Origin: Octopus sinensis
Taxonomy: Eukaryota
Direction of reading: 5' to 3'
DNA length: 64,000 bases
Assembly: GCF_006345805.1 (NCBI RefSeq)
Contig: NC_043011.1
Coordinates: 1,302,001 to 1,366,000, forward strand
The notes under the pieces are model-generated. The model did no database searches, was not told where the DNA came from, and saw only the letters and a list, made by a program, of their open reading frames with translations. The position numbers were made by a program, and so were the translations under genes. Positions 11,707 through 23,220 of the stretch are shown here, one piece after another (the first letter of the stretch is position 1; every line of letters starts with the position of its first letter).

Positions 11707-12260
11707 CACCAGGTGGTGCTATTAAGTTAGACATGGCCTAGGCCAATAATGGCCGAAACCTATCAAAGTATCAAAGTATATGTAGGTAGATAGATAAATA
11801 AATAAATGGAGTTAAACGCAGGTGTTATTCGAATTATTTTACTTCTGACATATGTTTCCAGAAGGAATAAAATGACGTAAAACAATGTGCAATCTTCTCA
11901 TCAGGGAAAGAAAGAAACCAAATACATCAATATGACATTTTAACAAAATGTGATGACTGTGTATAATGATGAAGGGAATGCTATTAAGTTTTTTTTTTAA
12001 AAAACATTAGTAGATATAATGTCAAAGGTAGCATATAGAAAGAGAAGGAGGAGAAGGAAAGAAATTAGCAGAAAACTAAGGCACAAAAAGAAAATGACTT
12101 TCCTCAGGCACTACAGAATAAGAGTAGAGAAATATAGAGCAATGGGTGAATTAGAATAAAGCTTAAAAGCATGGAAATAGATATATTTAGTGGAAGTGAA
12201 ATGTAAGAAGACAATCAAAGGTCAAATTATATAGAATAGTAGAAATAACACACACACACA
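11050..12260. mobile_element. Nest of Penelope-like terminal-repeat fragments separated by (TA)n, with five hammerhead-like motifs
   Basis: Motifs at 11097-11131 (+), 11323-11359 (-), 11435-11491 (+), ~11725-11766 (+, degenerate) and 11842-11910 (-). 11800-12050 is homologous to the terminal repeat of the PLE at 58380. Confidence 0.75.
11842..11910 (-). ncRNA. Type I minimal hammerhead ribozyme motif with canonical core
   Basis: Minus strand: CTTTCC-CTGATGA-GAAG..long stem II..CTTC-TG-GAAAC-ATAT-GTC-AGAAG. Stem III is palindromic (ACATATGT) and the cleavage triplet is GUC. Confidence 0.6.
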
Positions 12261-12299
12261 CATACACACACACATATATCATCATCATCATCATCGTCA

Positions 12300-13060
12300 C
12301 CATCATTATCATTATCATCATTTAACATCTGTTTCCCTTGCTGGCAGGGTTTGAACAGTTTAGCTAGAGCCAACAAGTTGGAGAGCTGTACCATGTTCCA
12401 GTTGCCTGTTTTGGCATGGTTTCTTTGGCTGGGTGCCCTTCATAATGCCAACCACTTTACAGAATGTACTGGACGCTTTTTATGTGGCACTAGTACCAAT
12501 AGGATCACTAAAGAACTTGCAAGACAAAACCCTCTTCAGCTGGGAGGAGAGCATTAACCAAGGTGGTTTAAGATATCAGTTATCCTGTGGTGGGCAGTTC
12601 TTCTTGAGCACAGAAAGGTACCAGATATCTTGGGCCTTTGTCATCTCCTTTTTAAGGCTCAGTGTCTTGACATCAGCTTTCAGTACTTTGTCCCATGCCT
12701 TCCTGCATCTCCTTCTTCCACGAGTCACTTCTTTATAAGAGTCTACATACATGCACGTCACATGATCAAACAAGCAGTCTTCTCTTTTGCACACTGCATC
12801 TAATTCCTCTTATGCCTAGCATTTCTCTCAATATACTGAGAACCAAACTCTGATGAATGCCGATCTGTACACTAAATTCATCACTATATTCCTGGATAAT
12901 TCTCACCTTACTGACAGAGCCTCTATACATGGCCTGTGAAACTTTCACAAGCCACTCATCTACTCCAAGCTTCCTTAGAGCCCACCCTATCACACAGCTG
13001 GGTACTCTGTCAAAGATTTGATACTCTATCAAAGGCTTGGTAATCATATACATATCTTTT
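12300..13060 (-). pseudogene. Older RTE LINE relic (internally deleted RT plus 3' end)
   Basis: IFDRVPS.VIGWALRKLGVDEWLVK..AMYR...SKV and RGRRRCRKAWDKVLKADV. RTE-type 3'UTR and (GAT)n tail near 12280-12500. Confidence 0.8.
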
Positions 13061-13080
13061 ACCTTTTAATTGTTTCAGTC

Positions 13081-13503
13081 GCAGGAGTGGCTGTGTGGTA
13101 AGTAGCTTGCTTACCAACCACATGGTTTCGGGTTCAGTCCCACTGCATGGCATCTTGGGCAAGTGTCTTTTACTATAACCTCGGGTCGACCAATGCCTTG
13201 TGAGTGGATTTGGTAGACAGAAACTGAAAGAAGCCCGTCGTATATATATGTATATATATATATATATGCATGTATGTGTGTGTGTATATGTTTGTGTGTC
13301 TGTGTTTGTCCCCCCAACATCGTTTGACAACCGATGCTGGTGTGTCTACGTCCTCGTAACTTAGCGGTTCGGCAAAAGAGACCGATAGATTAAGTACTAG
13401 GCTTACTAAGAATAAGTCCTGGAGTTGATTTGCTCAACAAAAGGCGGTGCTCCAGCATGGCTGCAGTCAAATGACTGAAACAAGTAAAAGAGAGAGTAAA
13501 GAG
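13081..13503 (+). mobile_element. Full-length SINE family B (tRNA-derived head, internal TA/TG tract, AAAAGAG tail)
   Basis: A-box-like TGGCTGTGTGG, B-box-like GGTTCAGTCC. Many near-identical copies occur in the window. Confidence 0.9.
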
Positions 13504-13657
13504 AGTCATGTATGGCAATGAAATTAAAAGCACACTTTGTAACCACATTGACTTTGGGTTCAGTCCCATTGTACAGCTTTTGGACAAATGTCATCTACTA
13601 CAACTCCAGGCCAATCAACGCTTTGTGAGTCAGTTTGGTAGATGGAAACCCATCACC

Positions 13658-13688
<31 letters not shown>

Positions 13689-13936
13689 ACGCACACGTGT
13701 ATGAGCAGATTATACTAGGGTTTATTTCTATAAAATTACATATTCATTTGGTGAATCTTGCTATTGAATGCAAGTGATACGTTCAATAGTTTGCATAAAC
13801 ACATATATATATATATAAAAACACATGTGCATCCATCTTCTCTTATATATATACATACATACATACATACTAATATATACGTGTGTATGTATGTGTATGT
13901 ATTTAGACATTGTATATTTTTAGCAAAATTATCCAA

Positions 13937-14390
13937 TCATCATCATCATCATCATTCATTTAGCGTCCGTTTTCCATGCTAGCATGGGTTGGACAGTTCA
14001 ACTGGGGTCTGGGGAGCCCGAAGGCTGCACCAGGCCAGTCAGATCTGGCAGTGTTTCTATAGCTGGATGCCCTTCCTAACGCCAACCACTCCGAGAGTGT
14101 AGTGGGTGATTTTATGTGCCACCGACACAGGTGCCAGACGAGGCTGGCGAACGGCCACGCTCGAATGGTGTTTTTTATGTGCCACCGACACAGGTGCCAG
14201 ACGAGGCTGGCAGACGGCCACGCTCGGATGGTGTTTTTATGTGCCACTGACACAGGTGCCAGATGAGGCTGGCGAACGGCCACGATCGGATGGTGTTTGT
14301 TACGTGCCCGCAGCACGGAGGCCAGTCGATGCGGTACTGGCTACGGCCACGTTCGGATGGTTTTCTTGCGTGCCACCGGCACTGGTACCT
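13937..14390 (-). mobile_element. 5'-truncated RTE copy (3'UTR only) with five ~62-bp tandem units
   Basis: Highly similar to 2711-3065, with a (GAT)n tail. Confidence 0.9.
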
Positions 14391-14730
14391 CAAAAATACA
14401 AATTCCATTGATATGTCTTAATATTTTTTCTTTAAAATATTGAAACTGATTTGAGACAAATTTGGTTGCTACTTCTAGTTGATCAAATGACTATTTAGAA
14501 GCTCTCTCATTGACTTGTACTGAAAAATATAATGAGTGAAGTTGAATTATTTGCTTTCGTTTTGTTATATCTAAGTATCTGAAGTAAATTGAGAACAAGT
14601 GATAAAAATTCAGCTTTGTTATAAGAATTCTTTTGTTTCTGTACAGAATCAGCAGAATTAAAAATATTCTAAATAACTGTTCTATATTTGTTTTGCATGT
14701 TTATCTATTCATGTTTATCTCTTGCCTTAG

Positions 14731-14829
14731 AATATATTGAGAGTTTCTTTGAAAATGTATGTTCTATATCTGTATCTTATTACCAAATAGGATTAAACTA
14801 TTTTAAAATTATCTCAAGATATTATAAAG
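14731..14829 (+). CDS. Candidate internal coding exon of an unidentified host gene (99 nt, phase 1/1): (E)YIESFFENVCSISVSYYQIGLNYFKIISRYYK
   Basis: Acceptor TTTATCTCTTGCCTTAG, donor AAG|GTGAGT, open symmetric frame, non-repetitive context. No homology recognised. Confidence 0.3.
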
Positions 14830-15430
14830 GTGAGTAGGAAGCTCTACTATCAAGTTAAAATTGACTTCGATAAAAACTTACAAAGAACGAGAATAAATAG
14901 TAGTTTTAGATTTTTTTTTTTTGTGTGGAAATGAATCATAAATAAAGATGACTTTTTAAACAAAATGAAACTTTCCATCAAATGTTCATTGTAATTAGTT
15001 ATTGTGGCCAAGTAAGTTGCTTTCTGTTTTAAAAGATATGTAGTTTAATGTTCTATTTCTATTTTTTAAAAGAAAAATAACTTTTTTCACTAATCCATTT
15101 CTACTTAAAACAAAAGTAAAAAGGATTAAAGGAAATCAGATTAATATTGAATGTAACCTACTTTACTAAGACTGTATTCCATAAATGTATTCCATGAAGT
15201 GAAATATTTACAATAATGTGCATAAATAAATAAATAAGAAAACATTTTGAAATTGAAATAACTATTAAATATAATCATACTCCCAAAAATATCTTCCATG
15301 TAATGTTCCATGTCGCCTACCTTTTTTGCAGGGTGAAAATACAGCAAAATGACAATATTCTATGATTAGATATATACTAGCCGAGATATCTGGCATTGCT
15401 TGGGATTAAAATGGCATAGTTATTTATTGT

Positions 15431-15713
15431 TTTACTTGTTTCAGTAATGTAACTATGGCCATGCTGGAGCACCGCCTTTAGTCAAACAAATCGACCTCAA
15501 GATTTATTCTTTGTAAGGTTAGTACTTATTCTATGAGTATATTTTGCCAAACAGCTAAGTTACAGGGATAAACACAGCAACATCAGTTGTCAAATGATGG
15601 TGGGTGTAGAAGCACAAACACATACACACAAGTAAACACATATATACGACAGTCTTCTTTCAGTTTCCATATATGAATTCCACTCACAAGGCTTTGGTGG
15701 ACCTGAGGCTATA
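15431..15713 (-). mobile_element. SINE family B, partial
   Basis: TTTACTTGTTTCAG...GGCCATGCTGGAGCACCGCC...GAGGCTATAG. Confidence 0.8.
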
Positions 15714-16769
15714 GCATATTATATACCATAAAATCCTATATATGCAAAAATAAAGATCATTTTTAATAGATCATTTCCAAAATGTTTTCTGAAATTATTT
15801 TTGTTGAAAAAAGACGTACAAAATGTAAAAATTCGTACAGGAAGTTGACTCATTTAATGTCAGAATAGGTTTTTACAGAAAAAATAAAAGCTTAAATATG
15901 CATAATCAAGTTGACTTTTATTTATGCTGGACGGTATAATGCTTATTTTTCTGTATAAATTTATTAAAACCATTAAATGGTTAACTAGTTTTTAAAGTCT
16001 AATGTTCATGCAGGCAAACATGATCTGGGCCATATTTTACATTGCTTGGAGTTTCTACCTTTTGCAATAGAGCACATATTTAAATTCTCCCTTGCAGTAA
16101 AGGATTCATAAGTTCTGCTCATACTGACAATAACAGTAATGACAAATTTATAAGTTTGCTTGACATTTTATAAGTGTGAAAGGGATTAAAATTTCAATAC
16201 TTCGTATCAAATTTCTGATAAGAATAAGGGGAAAACAATTCTGTTTACATAATTGGTTTAATTGGTCACCTTCCTCTATCGATTGAGTAAAGTGTCATCC
16301 AAGCTGATGTTTATTGGTAATTAAACTTAATTTGCAATACCTGTGCATATTTATCAGCTGTGTTTTTGTTGATAATTCTTATTAACAACTTTTCCTGTTA
16401 TTATGATTTGAGAAGACATACAGCTGTATGCTAAAGATCGGACATAATCACTTGAGGGCAAGAAATGTAAAATAAGGTTTATCATAAACAACACAAACAC
16501 TTTGTAATTTAATAGCTTTTAATGTGATACCTGTTAAACAGAAATTAATTTAATTTAATGAAAATTTAATAAAATCTAATCATAAGTAAGTGAAATTATG
16601 CTAAATACAACTAAATTGTAAACCTTTTGCCTCTGGCTGTATTGGCAGTTCCGAAAACTTTTAGGTGCGAATTTTCCATGAGTAGAAACTTTTTTAACAA
16701 ATTTTATCCTGAAAACCACTTACATGAATTACACAGGTGCACAAATTACATGTGTTTTTATGTTTTATA

Positions 16770-17925
16770 TATCATCATCATCATCGTTTAACATCCGTTT
16801 TCCATGCTAGCATGGGTTGGATGGTTCAACCGGGGTCTGGGAAGCCAGGAGGCTGCGCCAGGCTCCAGTCTGATCTGTTTCTACAGCTGGATGCCCTTCT
16901 TAACACCAACTACTCCGTGAGTGTAGTGGGTGCTTTTTACGTGCCACCGGCACAGGGGCCAGAGGAAGCTGGCAAATGGCCACGATCGGTTGGTGCTTTT
17001 TACGTGTTACCGACACAGACGCCAGTCAGGCGGTGCTGGCATCAGCCACGTTTGGATGGTGCTATGCATAATTATATGTATATATACATACACACACACA
17101 CATATATATACACACACACACACATCATCATCATCATCATCGTTTAGCATCTGCTTTCCATGCTAGCATAGGTTGGATGGTTTGACTGAGGACTGGCAAA
17201 CCAGAAGGCTGTACCAGACTCCAATCTGATCTGGCAAAGTTTCTACAGTTGGATGCCCTTCCCAATGCCAACCACTCCAAGAGTGTAGTGGGTGCTTTTT
17301 TCATGGCACCAGCACGAGGGCCAGTCAGGTGATACTGGCATCGACCATGTTGAACTGATGCTTTTTACATGCCACCTGCATGGGACCAGTCAGGCACCAC
17401 TGGCATCAACCATCCTTGAATGGTGCTTTTTATATGTCACTGGCACGGGAGCCACTCAGGCAGTACTGGTGATGACCATGCTCTAATGGTGCTTTTTACA
17501 TGCCACCAGCATGGGACCAGTCAGGCAGCACTGACAATGACCATGCTCAAATGGTGCTTTTATGTGCCACCAGCTTGGGTGCCAGTCAGGCGGTACTGGC
17601 ATTGGCCATGACTGACTTAAACTGACTCAACAGGTCTTCGCAAGCACAGTTTATTGGCCAATGATTGAAGGGTACTCTTCAATGGGCCAGTTATGCTGCC
17701 CTGGCATAGGCCATGATTATGGTCTCATTTGGCTTGCCAGGTCTTCTCAAGCACAGCATATCTCCAAAGGTCTTGGTCAATCATCATCACCTCCTTGAGG
17801 CCCAACATTCGATGGTCATCTGGGTCTACCTCTTCCGCAGGTTTCCTCTACTGCTAGGGTGTGCCACTTTTCCACACAGCTGTCCTCATCCATACACAAC
17901 ACATGACCATACCAGTGCAACCGCC
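16770..17925 (-). mobile_element. Two tandem 5'-truncated RTE copies (about 16770-17065 and 17120-17925; the second includes the ORF end)
   Basis: RTE 3' end CCATGCTAGCAT(G/A)GGTTGGA, tandem 3'UTR units and (GAT)n tails. Confidence 0.85.
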
Positions 17926-18957
17926 TCTCTCTCAATATATGTTTATATATATATATATATAACAAAAGAGGTGGGGTGTTTCCACACAGGAAAAAATATA
18001 GGGAAATGTGTTGTTGAAAATGTACCTAAATTTCACAAATCTCGTAAATGTTTAAAATACATTTATTTACATATGTACCATACTAGTTTCAACAATATTT
18101 TTTGTTCATGAATGGTTAAAGTTTAAAATAATGAATTAGAAAAACATCTTTAATAGTTTCAATGTGGACAAATTAAGATGTTTCAATGTTCACAAATTAA
18201 CATGTTCAAAACAGATAAATTTAGCATTATGAATTAGGAGGACAGGTGCAAGTTTGAATGTTCATAGCAGTCAATAATATAAAAACAGTGTATCAATTTG
18301 TTTGAATGATCAATGCTCATTAATGTTAGTGGTGAATGACAAGTCATACCGAGTCAAGAAGGAAAGAAAAAACAAGGAAGAAATGAAAACAGTAATAAAA
18401 GGGAATTTGGTTTACAGTTTCTCTGATCCTCTTTCCATAGACAATTTCGCTTGTAGTGCTATGTTTTGGGATCAGATGTATTTATAATTTTTTCCACGAG
18501 CGGATCAGATTTTTGATTCGTTAAAATACTGGTGACGTTTTTTTTGGTGGTCAAGTTTGTCATTCTGCTTGGTTGGTTTCCCTGTGGTGATGGTCATCAG
18601 TCATTCCGGTTGGTTGTTTGGTTCTCATAAAGGGTCATTTTGTTGTATTTGCTGAAGTTCGGTTTTTATTGGTCTGGAGTTAGGTGACATCAGCAACTGG
18701 TGCTTGTAAAATTTCATTGGGCTAGAGGTAGGTGATGTCAGCAACTGGTGTTTGTACGGTGATTTAGATTTGCAGTTTCGGAACCCAGGTGGAAGATTGT
18801 TACTAAAGCATTTTAAAAAAATTGTTTGTTGTTCCTGGTTCTTTTTTCCTGAGGAATTGAGTCTTTTTTCTTCTCTTTTTATTGCTTTTTCTTCTTTCTA
18901 AAGGATATTCAGCTGTGGTTTATATTTTTTAAGCTTATTTATTGACATTGTTTTTAA

Positions 18958-19118
18958 TTGACCATGCATCATCTTGTGGCTTCAAGATTTCAATGATATA
19001 ATTATTTTTTAGTATAACATTGTAGGATAGGTGTGTGAGGCTGGACCTGGCCAGTTTGAATATAAAGTAGGGAGAATATTTAGGCCAGATATTACTGGTT
19101 TAAATGCTAAAGGGTCAA
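18958..19118. mobile_element. Partial piggyBac-like MITE (same family as 30935 and 44227)
   Basis: Shared internal sequence and right terminus AATGCTAAAGGG. Confidence 0.55.
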
Positions 19119-19179
19119 AGATAATAGCACTTATATGGTGGTATATGAGAATATGAATAGCTTAATAAGGAAATTAATA

Positions 19180-20310
19180 CCTGAGGTAGCTTCTGCATGG
19201 AGGAGATGGACATGGTCTATTTCAAAATGATTTTGATTCCAGAATTACATAAGGTGCTGTGTAAGTGTAGATTTATTGCACGAACAAGAAAATGTATTAA
19301 TAAACAGTTGCCTGTCTTAGTTAATGATAAGTTAAAATGTTATTTGGTTGGCCTTCATGAGGTTCTGCAAATATGTAAACTTATTCTGGAGAATTAGGTT
19401 CAGAAAGGAGTTTTTAATTTTCTCCAAAAAGGTTAATGGAGTTCAGACTACACTGTATATGAATCTAGCTTTGAAAATGGTGAAAGTGGATGTATTTAGA
19501 ATAACTGATATAGTGTTTGGTAAGGGTTAAAAATGTATTTCCATTAAAAATGGTGGTAATTTTTGTTGTCTAAAAGCAGGTTAATAGTTTTAACTAAGGG
19601 TAGGTTAAAAACAGGTTAATTAAGAGTAGATTAAAAGAGCTTAGTCAATTTCATTACTAATAACACATATATTGCTGTTGCTGATAGAATATTTAAACAA
19701 ATTAAAGATATGATGGGTGGTAACTGCAATCCTTTATTAGCTGACATATTTATTTTCAGGTGAGTTAAGTTTTCTTAATGATTTATGCCAATGGTAAAAG
19801 ATTGATTTAGTTAAATAGTTTTGTGGTTGTTGCAGATAAGATTGAGGATTTTTTTATTCATAACTTCAATTACTTGGAGAATTTGCTCATGAAAATTTAT
19901 CCATAACTCATAGCTAATTGAAATAGGGATACAAGGAATGAGGCTAATTATTTAGATGCTAAAGTAGTTTGTAGGGATAAGGTTATAACTAGCATTTACA
20001 ATAAAACTGACAGCATTAATTTCTATATTGCATTCTTGCCCTGGACATTCAGAATCTGTTAAGAGTAGAATATGATGTATTCTCCATCAAAGCTATTTGA
20101 TAGAGTAGAATTATAAAGTTGATATGTTTGTAAACAAAATTAAGCTTTTGATGAAGTATATGGGGGAAAAAAAAAGGCTAGAAAATTATTAATCAAAAGT
20201 TTTAACTGTTGCTTCAGGAGGTATACTGAAATTTTGAAAACTTCAGTAGGAATCTTTGTAATGATTAGTTTTACGTGACATTGATGGTTGTTATTTTGTA
20301 TCTGTTATCA
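19180..20310 (+). pseudogene. Decayed Penelope-like reverse transcriptase (possibly Naiad-type)
   Basis: Ordered motifs across frameshifts: IPELHK..CRFIA..KC, TTLYMNL, FKQIK.MMGGNCNPLLADIF, IYP, NYLDAKV, TSIYNKTD. The 3' part is duplicated at about 20470-20890. Confidence 0.7.
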
Positions 20311-22079
20311 AATATAATTTTCTTCTGAACTCCCACTCATGGAGTGCAATTATTTTTTTCTAAGCAAGCAGTAGTGTCAGGAGGCAAGCCTAGGTTTCCC
20401 TCATGTAGATGATATGTCGTTTGTGAGGAGAATGTTTTCTATGCAATTGGTTCATTTAAATTATGTCTTTAGTTTTATAGTTTGTTAGGTAACAATGTTG
20501 ATTTTCATATATTAACTATAATTTATTTTATAGTACTTATAATAAAACTGATAGCATTTAATTTTCATATTGCATTCATGCCCAGGGCATTGAGATTGCA
20601 TCAAGATTTGGGTGCAACGTGTTCTCCAGCCAAGATGTTAGATATGATAGAATTATAAATAAACTTGATGTATTTGTAAGCAGAATTGGCTATTGATGAA
20701 TCATATGTAAAAACATGGTTATGTTAGGAAATTGTTAATCAAAAGTTTTAATTGTTGCTTGGAGAGACAATTTTTTTCAAACAAATTGTTTAGGTAATTT
20801 GTGGTATTTAACATGCTTAGTTTGAATCTTACCAATGATTAGTTTAATTTGGTGTTCACATTGAAAGTTGTTGTTTTGGTTCTGTGTGTCTGATTAGTTT
20901 GCAGGTATGTCATCATATATTATTCCAGTAAGTAGCTTGTGGACTTGTGTGGATGCCCCCAGACAATAAGTAGGCTGGTCCAATACGTATAAATGGTGGA
21001 CGTGATAGCTAGTGAGAAGCGTCACATAGAGCAAGCTAGTGAGAAGCGTCACATAGAGCAAGCTAGTGCTGTCGGTAGACTAGACGTCAAGTTCTGTTGA
21101 ATCGATTCATCGGAAGTGAGAGTTCGGTAGTTGAGTAGAGGTACATTATTGGCGAAGGCACGCCATCTGAACATGTGATATAACAGGACTTCTGCTCCAG
21201 GGTCATCACATGACTTTTAGAGGCCCCCTGCAACTTTTTGTTTCAAGGCTCCATCTCTTCAATCAAAATTCATAATCTACAAACCTTTTATTCATAGCTA
21301 TATTTTACCTTATTCTATCTGAAGTTCAATATTTCATGCTATCCTAAAGAACATCTTTAAAAGTACAATAAATTAAATTTATTTAGGGCTGGAACCATCG
21401 TATTATTTCATGTTTAGGAAGGCCAACATTTAACAGGGTTGAATATTTATTCAATGGACTCACAAATATCAGAAGACAAGCATTTCAAAATAACAACTGT
21501 GAAATATAGTTGTCTCAGCTTTTGTATGAAAAGAAGTTTATTCAAGAACATTAAAATACAAAAAAATTTTCAGTCCAAAACAAAAGCAAACTATTTCAAA
21601 TTATATATTTTTAAAAAATAGACTTGAATATTCTCAAAGATTTGATAACAGTCGAAAAAGGCTTTTTTTTTTTAATTCTATATTTCACTGTTACCTGTTA
21701 CAATATTTCGATTGGAGAGACAATACTACAATTCAAACTGTAAAGTCAAAATACCTAAAATTCAGAATATGAAAAATTTCGTACCTTTCTCTGAAATCAC
21801 AAATTCAAGGGAAAATAGTACTTGGCAAAATAAAATACCTCAATCACAAACAAGTTACAACTGAAGAATTGAGATGCTTGGTGACAGTGATAAAATATCT
21901 GTATTGCTATTTATGTACATAGATAGATACACACACACACACAAACTTCTGTGTGTGCGTGTGTGTGTGTGTGTGTGTGCATGTGTGAGTGTGCACATGC
22001 CTTGTTTTTTGGTACAGGAGGTCAAAGGCCACTGTTCTGGGTATAAAGTGACCAGCTTTTCAACAGCGCCATATATATG

Positions 22080-22265
22080 TGTGTATGGTAGCCACTACAC
22101 ACATTTTTTCTCTCTCCTTGTTTCTTTCTGTGTTCCTTTCTGTGGAAGAGTGTAGGCTCAAAAAGTTAAAGACTTTTTCAATTCCTGAGCGTTATACTAA
22201 TACATCTGTTTGTTTTGTACACCACCTGTCTTCGTCTTTTGTTTTTTTCATGAATTCTCCCTATA
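22080..22265 (+). mobile_element. Short PLE-type element with degenerate hammerhead-like motif
   Basis: CTTT-CTGTGGA-A-GAGT-GTAG-GCTC-AAAAA-GTT-AAAG. Same family as 11243-11400 (-), 32990-33135 (-) and 33560-33775 (+). Confidence 0.65.
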
Positions 22266-22929
22266 TATATATGAGGGAAAGAGAGAGAGAGAGAAACGAA
22301 GAGCGAAAGAGGGAGAGACAGAGACGTGTGTGTGTGTTTGGTACATGTTTCTCTCTCTCTCTGAGCTGGCCAAAGCCTTGTGAATGGATTTGGTGGACAA
22401 AAGCAGATAAAAGCCAATCATATATATCTGTGTGTATGTATGAATGTGTGTACGTATGCCTGTGTGTGTATGTTTGTATGTATGTATAAGTATACATCCC
22501 CACCTTTCATCTCCATTGCTTCTTTTTCTTGTCTTTTTTGTTGCAGTTGTTCTTATTTTCATTGTTTGGGATTTCCTTCGTTTTTCTTTATCTCCCTAGA
22601 GAATTCGTGGACACGATTTTTTCAATTACTTTTTTTGCTTCTTTTAAATTTATTTATGGTACACCCTTGTCTCACTTGAAATATTTTTCCTCGTCTGTCT
22701 TGAAATTTTCAGTTAACATCTTAACTGGTCTTTTGTTGTGGGATGGCAATGGAGTCATAAAGTAAGTCTTAACTTTCCTCATTGCAATGTGGTTTATGTG
22801 GAAAATATTTTCAGTACAAATGGTTTGTATTAATTTTTTATATGCTTCAAAAAAGCCAAGGTTTGTCTTATTTTATTAATTTATACTCAATACCACTTGC
22901 CCCACTCCCAGTTGATGGGTTTTTTTTTA

Positions 22930-23220
22930 TTCTTGCAAGATACTTGGTGATCCCGTAAGTACTGGTGCCACAATAAAAGCATTGGTGATGGTGTCATGTA
23001 AAAAGCACTGGTGGCACATAAAGCACTGGTGTATCACATAAAAAACACCCAATACACTCTGTAAAGTGGTTGGTATTTGGAAGAGCATCCAGCTGTAGAA
23101 ACTATACCAAAACAGACAATGGAATCTGGTGCAGCTCCTGGCCTTGCCAGCTCCTGTCAGACCATCCAACCCATGCCAGCATGGAAAACAGATGTTATAT
23201 GATAATGATGATGATGATGG
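22930..23220 (+). mobile_element. Old RTE 3'UTR copy
   Basis: GAAGAGCATCCAGCTGTAGAAAC...CCAACCCATGCCAGCATGGAAAAC followed by (GAT)n. Confidence 0.75.

Noticed and set aside
13081-13160. tRNA genes at SINE heads (families A and B)
   Set aside because: A/B boxes are present but there is no complete cloverleaf. They are always attached to SINE bodies.
14105-14390. Regular ~60-bp repeats resembling a CRISPR array
   Set aside because: The units are contiguous tandem copies with no unique spacers, lie in an RTE 3'UTR in a eukaryotic context, and there are no cas genes.
22529-22765. 78-aa hydrophobic ORF with AG/GT boundaries, resembling a membrane-protein exon
   Set aside because: The F/L/S richness is explained by a T-rich strand, it lies among repeats, and no motif is recognised.
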